A stretch of 64,000 nt of DNA, the filler included, from Sphacelaria rigidula (taxonomy: Eukaryota): assembly GCA_964200075.2 (NCBI GenBank). It is 10 parts of 10 records of this genome, joined end to end, with 100 filler letters (N's around TTAATTAATTAA, not from the genome) between each part and the next. Parts side by side here need not be neighbours in the genome. Positions count along the whole stretch, not along the records: positions 32,053 to 38,362 come from CAXNAA020020861.1; positions 38,463 to 44,772 come from CAXNAA020020862.1; positions 44,873 to 51,182 come from CAXNAA020020863.1; 7 more parts are not named here. One strand, written 5' to 3'. Below the pieces are notes generated by a model that ran no database searches, was not told the DNA's origin, and saw only the letters and a list, made by a program, of their open reading frames with translations. Each line of letters starts with the position of its first letter. Within the stretch, counting starts at the first letter, position 1. Position numbers and translations under genes: made by a program. Positions 35,310 to 49,800 of this stretch are shown piece after piece.

Positions 35310-37749
35310 AGATAGTGGCTCAAAAGAATTGCAGAGAGAATGAATCAGAGATGTAGTAAAGGGATGTGTAGCTGAACTCAAGAGCAGAAAGGCAGCAGGG
35401 GCAGACGAAATAGTGGATGGATTCATGAAGTACGGGGGAGGCGGGATGATTACCATGATGGTTATGCTGCAATAACTGGATCTGGGAAAATGAGTACACA
35501 CCCAAGAGGCGGAGAGAAAGAGTAGTAGTCAACCTTTTCAAGAAAGGAGACAATGCCGACCCAGGGAATTATAGGGGGATAAGGCGACTGAGCACCGCAG
35601 GGGAAACATGCTATAAGATTCTGAACGATAGAGTGGAAACGATGCTCGAGAAGAAACTTCAGCAGGGGGCAAGCAGGATTTATACCAAACGGTAGTTGCG
35701 TAGATGATATGTACACATTAGGTAAGCTTATTCAAGGTAGGCAAGACGCCGGGATAACAACGTACTGTCTCTTTCGTGACGTACAAGCGGCGAAATGAAC
35801 ACGGTGGAGAAATGAACTGTGGGAAAAGATCCGGGAAACTGGGATCAGAGGAAACATGTGGAAAATGGTGACGTAGATGACGGAAGGTGCAAGGAGTGCT
35901 ATGATGCCAGGCGGGGAAATATCGAAATATATTGATCATTTACAAGGGGTAGCTCGAAGATGTGCATTATCGCCCACTTCATCCAAGGTATTTAGTAATA
36001 TCATGATAGTAGCAATAGACATTATAGTAGCAATAGAAACAGAAAACCAAGGAGTCAAGGTGGGGGAAAATACAGTATCGGCACTGATATTCGCGTATGA
36101 TTTTGTCGGAGTATCAGAAACACCAAAGGGACTGCAGAAGCAAATAGAGAAGGCGCTAGAATACACTGGAAAATGGAAAGTGACAGCGAACCTGGGCAAA
36201 CACTCGGTATTTACTTGTAACGAAGAGAATGGCAACCCGGTAGGGTTCAAATGGAAGTGACGAGAGGACAAATTACCCATTGTAGACCAGAATACATACC
36301 TTGGCGGAGAGATATTAACAAGTTGTTTTTGGGATGCACACATACATGAAGTGATAGGAAAGGGTAAGGCACATAAAGGCAAGACGGATGTGATCCTGAG
36401 AGACTCGCACCTCGACACTAGGATCAAGAGATGTATTTTGGTGAATGTGATTGTACTCAGGCGAGGGTATGCAGGAGTATAGGAAGGGAACGCGAAGTTC
36501 GTGAGCAGCTGGAAACAGTACAGATGACAACAGCTAAGAAAATACTTGGATACTCCAAAACGACCAGTAGTACAGTACCGAGAGCCGAACTGGGAATGCA
36601 CGCACTTGAACCAATTGAGACATGAGAAGATTGAAATGGCAGCATGACATACGGAACAAGCCAGAGAAAAAGATTGCCAGCCATAGGTGATAGGACCGTG
36701 TGTCAGAAAGTAACGAAAGGGTGGGCTGGGAAAAGGTAGAATAGGGTAGTCGAGACAGTATAGAAGGGCACAGGAGGTAATCAAGAGAATTTATTGTCCA
36801 TAGGTGAATGCGGGGGGTACAAGATCAAAGTAAAAGACACGGTAGAAATAATGGGGAAAGAAGCGCTAAGACGTAAAGTAGACGAAGAAGTGCGCCTCAA
36901 GATTTACGAGGGGTTGATAGTGGGGATGGAGATGAAACCATATCCACACGACCCGATGAAGTCCGCGAACACGATGAAAGTACGATTTCGGGTGGGGGAC
37001 CTGGACCTGCCGTAAAGAGGGAAAAAAACATACTGGTAGTCGGGCTTTGCAGGGTGCGGGTAAACATAACTGCCCCTGTGTCAGAGAAATGAAGAGTAGA
37101 AGTTATAGAGTGGCAGGATGTGAACTGTACAAGAAGAAACGAGACGTGTCAGAGGGGAAACTGTGGGAAGCACACGAAGGTGTCATCAAATCGTTTGGTA
37201 CATGAGACAGTAGCGAAAAAATGATCGCTATACAAGGAGGTAGATGGTGGCCACAGACAGCGAAACAGGAAGGGGATGAGATTTGTCCAAGGTTTTTTAT
37301 CGTGCAATATATGGAAGAAACGCATTGAGCGCCCAAGCGTCGGAGGTGTCTCTACTATGGATAGGAACGGTGGCCTGTCTCGAAAGGGATGCGGGGTCAA
37401 CGATCAGATGACGAAGGCAAGCAACAAATGAGTACGCGCTGCTTCCCCCCCCTCCGTCCCCCACTCACGACGGTCGAGAACAAGGAAAACTCCCGGCAGA
37501 AACCTAAGTATCCATCTTCTTCGACCAGTACAGAAAACTGAACAAACGTCGTTACCCGGGGTGACCACCTGTGTGTAACCTGCTCAAACGGAAGCGTTTT
37601 TTATTACGTTCTTCGTGGGGGCGGCGGCGGTGGGTTTTGGCCACTGGACTGTGACTTTCGTTTGAAGCGGTAGATCGGAAAACGTACGGCATGCTGCAAC
37701 AAGTCTGCAATGATCGATCTCCTGCTATACCAAGACATTCCCGTATACC

Positions 37750-38305
37750 CAAGGGTCTGTCGAAAAACGATTTCGGGGCACGTGAACCCCCAAATGGAAA
37801 AATTGAGTTTTTGAGGTAGGGAGGGTAGCGGGGTGGGGGTGTGGAGGCACCCAGCCTGCTGTCCCCTAGTTTATTTCCGAGGCGTTGGCGGATGCGATCA
37901 GCTGCCCTGTACAGAGATCCTTGGTATGCAGACCGATTAGATGGCGGACACGCCGCCCCCCCAAGCTCATCACTTACTATGATTGCATTGATTGGATCAT
38001 GTTCCGTATCGTGTGCCTCGAGTACGTACCAGTAGTCCGGGCAAGTTTGGCAAGACGTGAGATAATGTTGCTACTTTGGCTGCAGGGTGTCGCTACCGTG
38101 CGCTCGTGTGTATACATGTGCGTGAGCGTGGCCGGCATCCGAGATCATCGGAACAGAGCGGGCAAGGACCAGAAGCGAAAACACAAACCTCGCAAAGCCC
38201 ACCAGACTTGAAGGTTTTTGTCAGTGCTTCTTGATTGATTTCTTCAACAATATTGACAAGAAAAGGTTATGACAATTTTCGAAAAATTGCCTCCCGGGAG
38301 GGGGG
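37750..38305 (+). mobile_element. Family C relative
   Basis: Collinear similarity to 6910-7165. Confidence 0.6.
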
Positions 38306-38362
38306 GTGTACTCATGATCATGCTTGCCATAGTCATCAGACCATTGACCTCGCATCCCTACA
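38302..38362. repeat. Start of a young repeat shared with the end of the last contig
   Basis: GGGGT(G/A)TACTCATGATCATGC.TGCCATAGTCAT.AGACCATTGACCTCGCATCCCT also occurs at 63944-64000. Confidence 0.85.
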
Positions 38363-38703
38363 NNNNNNNNNNNNNNNNNNNNNNNNNNNNNNNNNNNNNN
38401 NNNNNNTTAATTAATTAANNNNNNNNNNNNNNNNNNNNNNNNNNNNNNNNNNNNNNNNNNNNCGCCAGTTGAGGGGGGTGTATGAGAGATCAAACACTTG
38501 TATTGGGACATTTTTGACATGCGGAGTGAAAAAAGACACCTATGGTGGTGACCTAACTGTTGCTAGCGTGGCGCATAGGCAATCTGCAGCACACATACGG
38601 TGGTCGCGTCGACAGCTCGGTGCAGCACGAGTACCTTCCCATAATTAATAATTATTCCGATGTCAGAAGGTCATGGATTATCACACCCGAAAGGAGAGAC
38701 AAG

Positions 38704-39487
38704 AGTGCTCTACGATCAACCGCATGTCGTTGCATTCGAGATCCACGCCATCAACCGCCGACAGCAAGGGTCTTGTGGTTTTCACGGAACGCTGTCGGCA
38801 GCACGCCAGGCGAACCGGATCATAGCTACCTCCATTCTGCGCAGTGGTGGTCATAATCACAGACTGCGCCGATTTCGCAATACCTGTGAAAGCTAGAGAG
38901 TTTGATTTTCACGAGCTGCATGCACAAGATGAAAACGGTTCTGAAAACCTGAGGGAGGACGGCTTCCTTGTCCCCCAGCCAGGCATCGATGAACAAGGAA
39001 TAACTTTTACAGGCGGGTACGACACACATGGGGGCCCGGAGAAGTTTCTTTCCATCAAAATCTGTGTCTTCGAAGCTGCAAAGTGTTTCAAGCGCATGGT
39101 TTTCTAATGCGAACAGTAACTTGTCGAATTCTGTTCCGTTGTTTGAGCACTGTCCGGACGCCGATGCCAGAAACGTTTCGTATTGCTGTTCGACAGTTTC
39201 TTCCGATGTTCAACTGGACCTGAAGCGGCCACCTTCCCCCAGGTTTTCAGAACCGTTTTCATCTTGTGCATGCAGCTCGTGAAAATCAAACTCTCTAGCT
39301 TTCACAGGTCTTGCCAAATCGGTGCAGTCTGTTAGCATGACCACCACTGCGCAGACTGGAGGTAGCTATGATTCAGTTTGCCTGGCGTGCTGCCGACAGC
39401 GTCGCGTGAAAGCCACAAGACCCTTGCTGTCGGCGGTTGATGGCGTGCGTCTCGAATGCAACGACATGCGGTTGATCGTAGAGCACT
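38704..39487. repeat. Long inverted repeat: ~260-bp arms around a ~260-bp spacer
   Basis: AGTGCTCTACGATCAACCGCATGTCGTTGCATTCGAGA ... GAAAACGGTTCTGAAAACCTG is mirrored at about 39226-39487; no TSD found. Confidence 0.9.
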
Positions 39488-40929
39488 TGTCATGATACGA
39501 TACTCACCACCTAGGTGGGAAGGTGCCAGTTTAGTTGGCACCAGGGCTAGGGCACCAGGGCTAGCAGGCCCAAACACAATCATTAGTATCGAAGCCATTG
39601 AGTTAGACGTTACCAATTGTAAAGTCAGCTACCGCATCAGTGGTCAGGTGGCATGCCATGAGCCGCGCAGGCTGCAGCACAACATGTGTTGCATGAAGGT
39701 CAGGCTTACATTTGTGAAGACCAGAGAATCCTCTGAGATAGCAGTCCATGGTGGCGTAGATGCTCTTGTATTGTTGGCGAACGGGCTAACTTGTGCTTTG
39801 CTAGTTGAGGTGCATTGTCCAAAACGCTGTGACCCGAAGGGGGCGGCCAAGTCAATTTAATCAAGCAATGTGGTATGACCCATCAAGTACCAAGCATGAC
39901 AAAGTATGACGCATGGAACGTAGTCGACTGGAAGATGATCAATAAATCTGTAACATCCCCCTAGCCATATTTATATGGCTACACACAAATTTATTGGAGG
40001 GCTGGAAGGGCCAGAACAAGAACAAAGCCTTTGCATCATACGCCGGAAAGTAAAACGAGACAAACCTGCTAAATTACAGTACAGAGGAAAATTCGTTGCA
40101 GATCTAATGAACAGGTAAACCCTGATAAGCAGGGGAAAATTCCATCCGTTAGGAAAGGAAAAATCTATAACGCCCCTTCCAACGACAGAAACAACAGACA
40201 AGTACGGTCGCTGTCGTTTTCCCGGGATCTCAGTTAGACTGGAGAACGATCGGCTAGTTAGCGTGATCGCGCGTCGACACCCTGGATCAGTTACACTGGA
40301 TTCTAGGGTAGTGCGGGGCCTAAACCTCGCTAAAAACAACGTTTCCGCGAACTGATCAATAGTTACAGGAGTACAGCTTTTGAGGGGTGCTCTTCTGTAA
40401 CTACCGACACCTATTCAACTGGAAATAGAGCCCACGCGCCTTGGCTCACACATGTGCCCGTATATTACCAAATGGGAAGCAATCGATAACAAAGCAGCAC
40501 AAGAAAAAGACAAGGAACACTCGAAATTCATGACTGAAGCGTGCGGTAGCAGCAATATATAGTTACATATGCCTTTATTTCACTACCGTATTCCTCTCGC
40601 AATGATATCGTATACCACATCACACATCAGCCATTCGTACACGTTCATGGCTGCAGTCTATCTTTGGCTCCTCCGTTCCAGCTTGGGGCGCTCAACTTCC
40701 AAGCGAGATGGCTGTTTCCAGTCTCCATCTTTGCATCGTACTCGCCGAAAGAAATTCCCATAACCATACACGTGATGCTTCAGCTTGGCACTGCTGTAGC
40801 CTTTCCAGGAGGTAGCACCTATTGCAAAAGCTTCAAGGCATCACTACGTGGGGAAGCGGGGTGCCTCGATTGCGATGGCGAGGTCGAAGAAACTGTGGGA
40901 TGATACAGGTGCTAAAGGCTCATGACGCA

Positions 40930-41392
40930 TGAGGAACTGTGATCAAAGGAAAGGTGTGGACGATTAAGACGAAAGAAATGTGCTAGGAGTGCGACGATGC
41001 TAGGCAGGGAAATATCGAAATATTTTGATATTTTTCCAGGAGTCGCACCAGGATGTACGTTATCACCCTCTCTAACCGAGGTATTCTTTGATGACTTGAT
41101 ACAAGCATGAGACATGGCAAAGCAAGGGGTGAAGTTGATGAAACAACTGGAAACAGTGCAGCTGGCCGCAGATAAGAGAACACTTTGATGCGGAAACGGT
41201 GCAAATGGCAACAAAGAAAATAATACTTGGATGCAATAAAAATAGTGAAGAAGATGAAAACAGTACAGAGTGCAACAGCTCAGAAACTACTTGGATGAAG
41301 TGAAGTTGGTGAAGGAGTTGGGGAACAGTGCAGATTCCAGCAGCTAGGGGAATTACTTGGATGCTCGAAACGAATAGGTACGCCCCCCCCCT
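40930..41392 (+). mobile_element. Internally deleted LINE fragment
   Basis: EISKYFDIFPGVAPGCTLSP (RT motif), KQLETVQ, then GGTACG plus a C-tract. Confidence 0.7.
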
Positions 41393-41949
41393 TTTTGAAG
41401 TCTTTCCCTTTTCCCCACCCGTCAGTGCCTGAAACAACGTAGCATTCTCGACAATCCAACATGGTGACAAATACAGGCGATGCAGTCGAACCCGACACAA
41501 ATTCAGGGGTCAGCTGGAATGTGAGTGTGACGTTCCAGTTTGTTCCCCCTCAAGGTGTGACGCAAACACTTCGGGTATGAGGTATTTCGGATGGGGTGGG
41601 CGGATATGGAAGGAACTTCTTGCTATTGAGACAGCGGTGGTACGTGTGTAATGTTTACGGCCAGTCCAGAGCTCGAAGGGGAATGTTTCAGACGGTAGCA
41701 TGGCGTCAGGTCGTCGGGTAGGATACGATTGCGCAAGAGTGTGCGTGAATCGTACTATCTCTGGGGCCAAGATTTATACAATTCTGTAACCTTTTCAGCA
41801 GCCGTCCCCCTAGGTTCTCGAATCCTGTGAAACTGTAGACAAATCATGGCGAAAATAAAACAGGCAAGGCATGCTGGGTAAAAATATAATAACGAGGTAC
41901 GTTGTACAAAATATACCGAGACAAGGCACAGAAATGACAAGAAACATGC

Positions 41950-42400
41950 CCTCACACGCATGAGTTGTACATTGATGCTCATTGGGCGAGAGTCTAGTTC
42001 GTATGCCATATTCCAGCTGAGCCACCATGAGACGACCGGATTGTGGTGGTGAAGTCTTGCTGCAGTTGTACGGCACAAGGGTTTGACAGCAAAAGGAGAG
42101 CGCGCGTTTACCTACATCGTGCAGCAATATTGTTGGCTTTCCTACTTAGTTAGAATATCGGTCAGCAGGGCGACTAGAATGCTACGCTCCTGGACAAACT
42201 GTCCAAGGTACATGGTGGCTTTAGAAACCAACGTAGTTTTCGATTGTATGGACGTGACGTCTGAGCAATTGCGTTGCATTTGGAGGGGGCTGGTTGTATG
42301 CCGATATTTCCGATGAACAGGCTGAGGAACCTGTGAGACCCTGCAGTGAAGATATATTTGGCGAACTTGGCGAATTTTACTAAACATATAATCGTGTAGT
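41950..42400 (-). pseudogene. Decayed Ty3/gypsy pol fragment (RT connection to RNase H start)
   Basis: Frame-shifted RFL....GIQPAPSKCNAIAQ..RP..LRWFL, YLGQFV..SILVALLTDIL, and a THACEG motif resembling xTDAS. Confidence 0.5.
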
Positions 42401-44365
42401 CCACAAACTTTGCCGGGGAAAGTTGGGTGAGCGACACCTCGGTCAAGAAGCTTGTGCATTTCTTTTCTAATCATACGGCGTTCTCATGGTGGGAAACCGC
42501 GTTGTTTTTTTGGCAAAGGGTGTGCACGCGAGACAACAACCAGCAAAAAATATGGAACTGGAGCTTCGCCCCCCCCCCCCAAGGGGGTCCAGCGACCATA
42601 TCAGCGAAATAAGTGTTTAAGAACTATATGTAGGGCCTGTAATAACCGTCAAAAACAAGATATATAGTCGCGCAGTCAACTTGCATGGTAGGCTTGGCAC
42701 GGAGGGCAAAAAGGCAAAATAGGGAAACTACGTACGTCTGCGTACTGAGTAAGTATTGACAAGGCAATCCACAGGAAGATGAGTGGCAGCATGATGTCGA
42801 AAACCAAGTTTGAAGCAACTGAACAATGTATTATCCACCTACGGTACCGCGAAGGAACAAGGTAGTATCCAACTACGGTACAGGGTGCGTCAAGAAGTCA
42901 ACCTGGTGAGTAGCAAACCATACAACCGATCACCAGTGTGGGATAAAATGGGGATCCTATTTAGTGGCACCAAGATAATGACCCTGCTACCAGAATGCTA
43001 TGAAAACGTACCCGGGATTAGCTAAACCAAACCAAATTGCGGCCACTCCATAAAAAGGTACCTGGTATTAGCTAAACCAAACCAATTTTCAGACACTCCA
43101 CGCCGGAACATACCGTCATTGGCAAACCGTTCAGTATTTCCTGCGTGTCCTCCCCAACGCAATGACGTTTAGCGCCGGTTCCCTCATCGGGATGCGACAC
43201 ACCCAGGACAAGAGTGTGGGTGAAACAAGGGCGGGAGTAATTGAGGGCGTGGTTAGTATACGTTGGAAGTCTTGGGTTACATGAAAATATGGCTCGATTT
43301 TATACCACGTGACGCAGATCGAAATGTCGTGTGCCGGGCGGTAAATTCGGCGTTTCGGCCTTGCAAACCAGAAAAATAAAACGATTACCAGCGGAATCCT
43401 GCTCAAGCAAGATGAGTACAGGCGGCGCAACAGACAAGGCCCTGCAGATAGCCTACACCCGCACGGTCAAAGAAAAACATCGCGAGCGCCGAACACAATA
43501 CAAGATTTCCAGGACATGAAATGAAAAATAGTGCAGCTCGAAAGAGCAAGACGACGGCGGCGCAAAATTATAAAGCACTTAAAGTACAATCGAGGGGCTT
43601 AAAAGACAGTTATGGTAGACGCGACACCCGGAGATGCAGACAATATGAGTATGTAAGATGAAAGAAAAGCCAACAAGATCGAAATAAAACGGAAGCTTTA
43701 CTGCATGTGCATTCCACAAATCCTCATGGCCACAATAAAAATGCAACCCCGGAAACAAAGTACATATTGATCATGGTGGGTTGTTCTGCAATAAAACTAC
43801 CGGGATAATATAGAGAATGTCTAGAACACGATTATTGCTGGTTAGGTACAGCGACGATATTATGGCTGACCCGGTGTAGATCAGGCGAAGGTGATACCAT
43901 GCACGCGACAATGACAAAACACAAACTGTGCGATCAGATCGAAGCGAGATTCATAAAAAACATGAGGGCGGAAAATGCACGTGCACATGACAACATGCGA
44001 TGTGATAGCGAGCGAGAAAAGTACAGCCGACAGTAGGCGGTAGAGGCAAGAACACAAGAGTGATGCTGCTATAGGGTCTGCACTTTTGGGGCCAAAACCG
44101 GCCTGCTTCAGGGGTTCCTCAAATTAGGAACTACACAAGAATATAGGTGAGGATATCCCCGTTTGCAAATTCATTAGGGATATCCCTAGCAAATTGGAAG
44201 AAAAACCCTGGCGTACTCTCACCTATTTGGAAAGTCGTGTTTTGGATGAGATAAAGGGTTCCTAACAATTCTTATCTCAGGCCGTAAAAGTGCCGATCCT
44301 ATCGCAGCATCACTCACAACAAGCGGAACAATAACAGCCAACCAGGGTAGCAGAAAACACGGTGG

Positions 44366-44389
44366 GAACAGCAGCAGGAACAACAACAT

Positions 44390-44480
<91 letters not shown>

Positions 44481-44662
44481 GAACAACAACAACAACAACA
44501 ACAACATACAACAACAACAACAGCAGTAATAGGCAGCAGCAACAACAGACAACAACAGCAGCAGCAACACAGGAGCAGCAGCAGCAACAACAACAACATA
44601 GCAGCAGCAGCAGCAGACAGCAACAGCAGCAGCAACACAGGAGCAGCAGCAGCAGCAGCAGC

Positions 44663-44751
<89 letters not shown>

Positions 44752-44772
44752 CGACAACAGCAACAGTAGTAA
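44366..44772. repeat. (CAA)n/(CAG)n microsatellite
   Basis: Directly visible; runs to the contig end. Confidence 0.97.
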
Positions 44773-45309
44773 NNNNNNNNNNNNNNNNNNNNNNNNNNNN
44801 NNNNNNNNNNNNNNNNTTAATTAATTAANNNNNNNNNNNNNNNNNNNNNNNNNNNNNNNNNNNNNNNNNNNNTCCCTGCAATGGAGGAATGGGACTTCAA
44901 CCTCATCTTATGTTTCAACCCCAAAAATTAGGATCGGCTGTTAAGAGTCATTTCAATCATGTGGACGTACTTTGAAAAACCGAACTGTTTTGTTTTCATA
45001 GTTGTTCCGAATTCGGGTAAATAATAACATGTCGCTACCGTGTGTGACCCGCTCTCGGCAGACGCTCTGCAGACAGAAGTCGGTAGAGTAGAGCAACGAA
45101 AGCTTCAGATTGCAGCTGACGCACCCCTCGACACCACGCCAGCAACAGTTAGGTCACCACCATAGGTACTTTTTTTTACTCCGCGTGTCAAGAAGGTCTC
45201 CACAGGTGTTTGATCTCTCTCACACACGTACCCCAACTGGCCTGTGGCAAGCTCTTGTGGTCGGGTGCCATGATGGTCAGATATATCAGGGTAACATCAG
45301 CGGTGAATA

Positions 45310-46434
45310 CAAGCTGGTTCAGACTGAATACCCAAAATACATTCCCCGGCAAATGACGAACGCAATACCCAGCCAATACAGTATGCACAAATGTGGTATC
45401 ATACTGACTGCAATGAACAGACGAAAAGGGTGACATAGCCGGATTTTTGTTCAAGGCTATAGCGGTGGCGCTATGGACAAAAATATGTCTCGACCAATCA
45501 GCGCCTTTCAAATTGTTCCAAAATTGAAAACACAAATTCCAAGCCCAATTTCCACCGAATCTCCGCATGGTTCAAATCGTAGTAACCGTCATCAGCTTGG
45601 GAATCTAACGGGAGAAACAGATTTGAAAATGGTTCCGACGGAGTCGAATTTTGCCCAAAACCGTGATGTTTCGGTGATGTTGAGCTTTGGCGTCGTCTAA
45701 TTTCCTCTCATGATACGTACGAAAGACCCACGGAGCCTCGGGACGATTTCCCTTTCATCTGTTGAAGGAAAGCTCATATCATCCTCAAACTTGGCAGTTC
45801 CGTAGGTATCGATGCTCAAAATGAAAACTTATATTCTTGGCAAGATTTCAAAGTTTCTCCGTTCTCTACCGGCTTTCGGGAGTCCCAGCATAAAGACCCC
45901 AGGAAATCGGTACAGAATGCCCCGACACGAAAAAATGATAATTTAGAGTTAGGTGGTATCCGAAGGGACATGTGTACCAATTATCGTTGCTCAACTCAAA
46001 AATCTGAACCGGCTGGGTCTTTTACCGTAAAAGCAACCCCCCAAAAGAGCGATTTTTTACTTTAATCAAGTAATTACAGACTTTTTTTATACTTCAGCGC
46101 ACGTTTTGGCATTTCCCCACGCCGTTTGTTTTAGTTAGACCACGAAAATTTGCACACATGTTCTGGAGGGCACGATCTGAAACTCGAAGACCGGGGTTTA
46201 AAAAAAACAATTGTTGGTGGCTTTTCATCCAAGGTGACGGTTGACCTACTTGACCGGGGAAGGGGTCAGATCCCGACTATCTCGACACCAGCAAAAAAAA
46301 AGAAGAAAAGCGATCTTCGAGTTTCAGATAGTACCCGCAAGAACATGTGTGCATTTTTTCGTGGTCTAACTCGAAAAAACGGCGTGAGGAAATCCCGGGG
46401 AACGAATTTTGGGCGTTCAATCTGAACCAGCTCG
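45310..46434. mobile_element. TA-flanked non-autonomous TIR element with family-A-like termini
   Basis: TA|CAAGCTGGTTCAGACTGAATACCCAAAATACATTCCCCGG and CCGGGGAACGAATTTTGGGCGTTCAATCTGAACCAGCTCG|TA. Confidence 0.75.
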
Positions 46435-46849
46435 TAACAACCCCCATGTTCGAATTGGATCATCTGCTATTTTTGCCGCAGCGCACCGTCCTTGCTGGAT
46501 TGTGTGTGACAGAGAGCAATAGTAGCGGCGACGGGAACATTGCCCTGTTGTGCAGCGCACAGAGGCGCGTCCTGTCCAGAAAGAGAGAAGCAGAGAGAAA
46601 TCGATCTTCGCATTGGTGACCTCCAGAGACAAGAAGAGACTAAATCTCTCCGCAGCTCGATGTTCTTTGGGGATACCTACCGGCACACGAGAAATTCGGT
46701 ACGTGCTGGTATCATGCATGATGTGAGTCTCTCGAGCGATTGGTAATCGCGCAGCGAGGGCACACAAAGGACACGGGCGAGGAGTTTCCTCTCTGTCGTT
46801 GCTTCCCTCTCCGGTGATATCGTCATCGACACGCGTGTACACCGCAGTC

Positions 46850-49800
46850 GTTCGGTGCTTTTAGCCACAACTGGTGATACACAGTTGCAAAGTTTTTGGG
46901 GGAGGGAGATGGTTTCGCTCTGTGTTACTGTTTGGCGTCATCCCTGCAAAAAAGATGTGCCACTTGAACCTCATTTGAGATCGACCCCATTTTCCAGGAT
47001 CCGCTGCTATATGACACGGGATTTGCTGGACATGACATGTAGTCAGCGAGAAGAAAAAAAGACCGGGCTTGTGAACACATGGGCATCTCCCCCCTGATGA
47101 ACGATGCAAAAGATGTGCGGACAAAGGCCCAATTCGTCTGCGTCGATGAGGAATGGCTGTGAGAGCCAAAATCTGTTTTGAGGCTGGCCCAGGTCGTAGT
47201 TGGCTGTAAGCAAAAAACCTGTTTGAACGCTTGTGGAAAGTCGTCTTGGAATGTTCGCGGTTGGCACGTCTCTGTATGAAGAGTGCTGTAGTCAATTCGC
47301 CCCATGGATATACAGAGGTACAGCAAACCAGGGCGTAACAGGCATCGGGTAGCGTGCACGATCAAAACGATATTCGGCGCGTGGCACCATTGTGGGCTTC
47401 GCCGGTTCAACGGCGGGTGCACACGATTCCTCGGACGAACTGCAGGGGACATCTCCACATTATTTCATTCAACTGGTTTGTGTTGCTTCCATGTATTTCA
47501 CTGCATTTCCCAGCGTGTACAAAACTCGGATGGACTCGTGGCGTGTGCGCAGAAAATCTCACAATCCGGGGATATTTGCATGGGACTACGTCATCTCTCG
47601 TGCATGAGCATCTTGCCAACGACCAATGGAAACCACGCGTCGACGAGCGATGTTAGCGAATACTACAGCGGTGGCCTTCGCTCTGGGAGGCGCGCGCGTC
47701 GGACAAGAGTTTCAAGGAAGACGTTGCGACGCTTTTCACAAAAGGGATGCAGCGACATTTTTGTACTCGGCCAATTTTGCTCCAAAAAAGGCTGGTCAAA
47801 TATCCAAATATATTTCAGTTCATCACGTTATACTACAATCTTCCTCTCGAGTAAGAGCCGATCGCTCGGATCAGAATACTATACAGGTATTGGAAATAAA
47901 CGTAGGCTCGTAACCTATTTATTGGAAAAACTAGTGGTGTGGTGTTGTCTCGATACGAGTATTTAGGCTTCGCTGTCTCAATAGATAGGGGCTCGCAGAG
48001 GGTGCACAATAGTCGTTCAGTTCACTTGCGTCGTGCAGCGAAAGACGAAAGTCGATGGTGTTTACTGGCGCTCCTTTGGCCAAGACAGAAAAGCACAATC
48101 TTCCCTCGAAGCGGAGAACTGAAGGTGGGTGGGAAGAGTGACAGCGGTACAGGGAAAATCGAGATCGTCAAACCAAAGCTGCGATCACCCTGTTGAACAA
48201 AAGTCATTACACGTGCGTCGAACCAGATTGTATACTTTGATTGAACTTCCTGCTGACATATTAGACTTCTCAGTCCCTACAAAAGATTATATTCTACGGC
48301 AAGGTACTTCCTCTAGTTACTTCGCTACAATATCCAAACCACGGCACGTGATCTACCTCAATACGCGGAATAGTACCTTGTCTGGACTGAACATCGGATT
48401 TAAACGGCTCCATTAAACCGTCACACGTTGTAGCGCTATCTGTTACAAATCGACACTCGGACACCTAGATACAGTGCTTGATATCGATATATTTCAACTC
48501 AGACATGCGCAAAATACGAAGAATGGGTACAATGCCCTCTACCCCGCTTGAATGCTTTGGCCGCCGCCCTTCTCCAAATGCAGAGCATTGACGAACCGTC
48601 AGTAATGCTCTCCTTCCTGTCTAACTTTGATACTATCCTCCGCTCCCAGCTTTGTACCCGCTGACGTGCAAGCATGCTATATGCAGTCTAAATTATATTA
48701 CGTTTCAAGAGTCGACTGAAGCAGCTCTCATGCGGGGTGCTGCTGTGCGCGCAGCGCGTGGACCGCAACACCACAAAAACATGGTAAGCCGACATTGCCC
48801 CTGGCATGATATTTTCACATAGCACAACACCACAGGCTCTCGAAAGGCATTTGCGGCAGCTCCTTGTACGCGTGCTGCAGTCTCATTGGGTTCATGCGTA
48901 CGGCAACAGCCGGAGTAGCAATTTCCGCGTGCACGTCAGCAAACAGCAGGGTGCGGTACCTTTATTAAGTACCCATCTCCACTTCCGAAAACGACGCCCT
49001 CTCGGATCCGTCGATCATTGCTGACGCGACTGAAAGGGAATCCTGGAGCTTTGAAATTGGTGGTATGGTCGTTCTCCGCTCACGGTCGCATGTGGTACCG
49101 TCGTTCGCCGTTCTCTTATCCGGACACCCCCCGGTAACTGAGCGACACGTCTGAGGTTCAAAGACACTCGTAACCTTTCCGCAAACATTGATTGTACAAC
49201 CTTTACTCGCGGGCGCATGAGTGCGTGCGAGAATGTTCTTCGTCAGGGGCGCGGCACTCCGGCAAAGCCCCGTGTTCTTGAACGACTGCAGGAGTTATGT
49301 CGAGCTCACCGCTCTAAACATGTACCTTGACACACGCATGACCTTTCCAAGGGCGTGTCGGGTAGGATATACCCGATATTTTGGTATTTTGAAAAGCCGC
49401 ACGTCACCTACCTGAGGCACTCACAATGACTTTGTATAGCCTTTGGATAGGGAAACAACAGCACTGGGCAAATTGCTACTGTGGGGATGGGCCCGATCTC
49501 CACTTCTCAAAATATCTAAATATTGGGAATACCCCACCCGACACCCCCTTGGACCTTTCATCATCAAAGGGTTCTCGCTAACAGCCGGGCCGCCCGTTAT
49601 CCCATCCGTTGCGCTGTGTGCAGTGGATACGACATCGCCGTTCGCACGCACGGCACGTACAACCTGCTTCGTTTATTCCATCAGCATTTGTTCAGCACCG
49701 CTCATCTCTGTTTCTCGTCGTCGGCAGGGCTACTAGCGCTGCCCTCCGCAGTAGCGCCTTGCGCAGCAGCACAAGTAGCAACGCCCGGGGCGGGTGTTTC

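Larger units (their letters stand above)
32680..37464 (+). mobile_element. Decayed LINE ORF2 (linker, RT, C-terminus, 3' end) with nested hAT and SINE insertions
   Basis: WWDEEVK, DPGNYRGI, GVARRCALSP, LIFAYDFVGVSETPKGLQKQI, YLG, RFRVGDLDL; many stops and frameshifts; ends AAATGAGTACGC plus a C-tract. Confidence 0.9.

Noticed and set aside
44219..44763. Poly-L/V/C ORFs
   Set aside because: Translations of the (CAA/CAG)n microsatellite.
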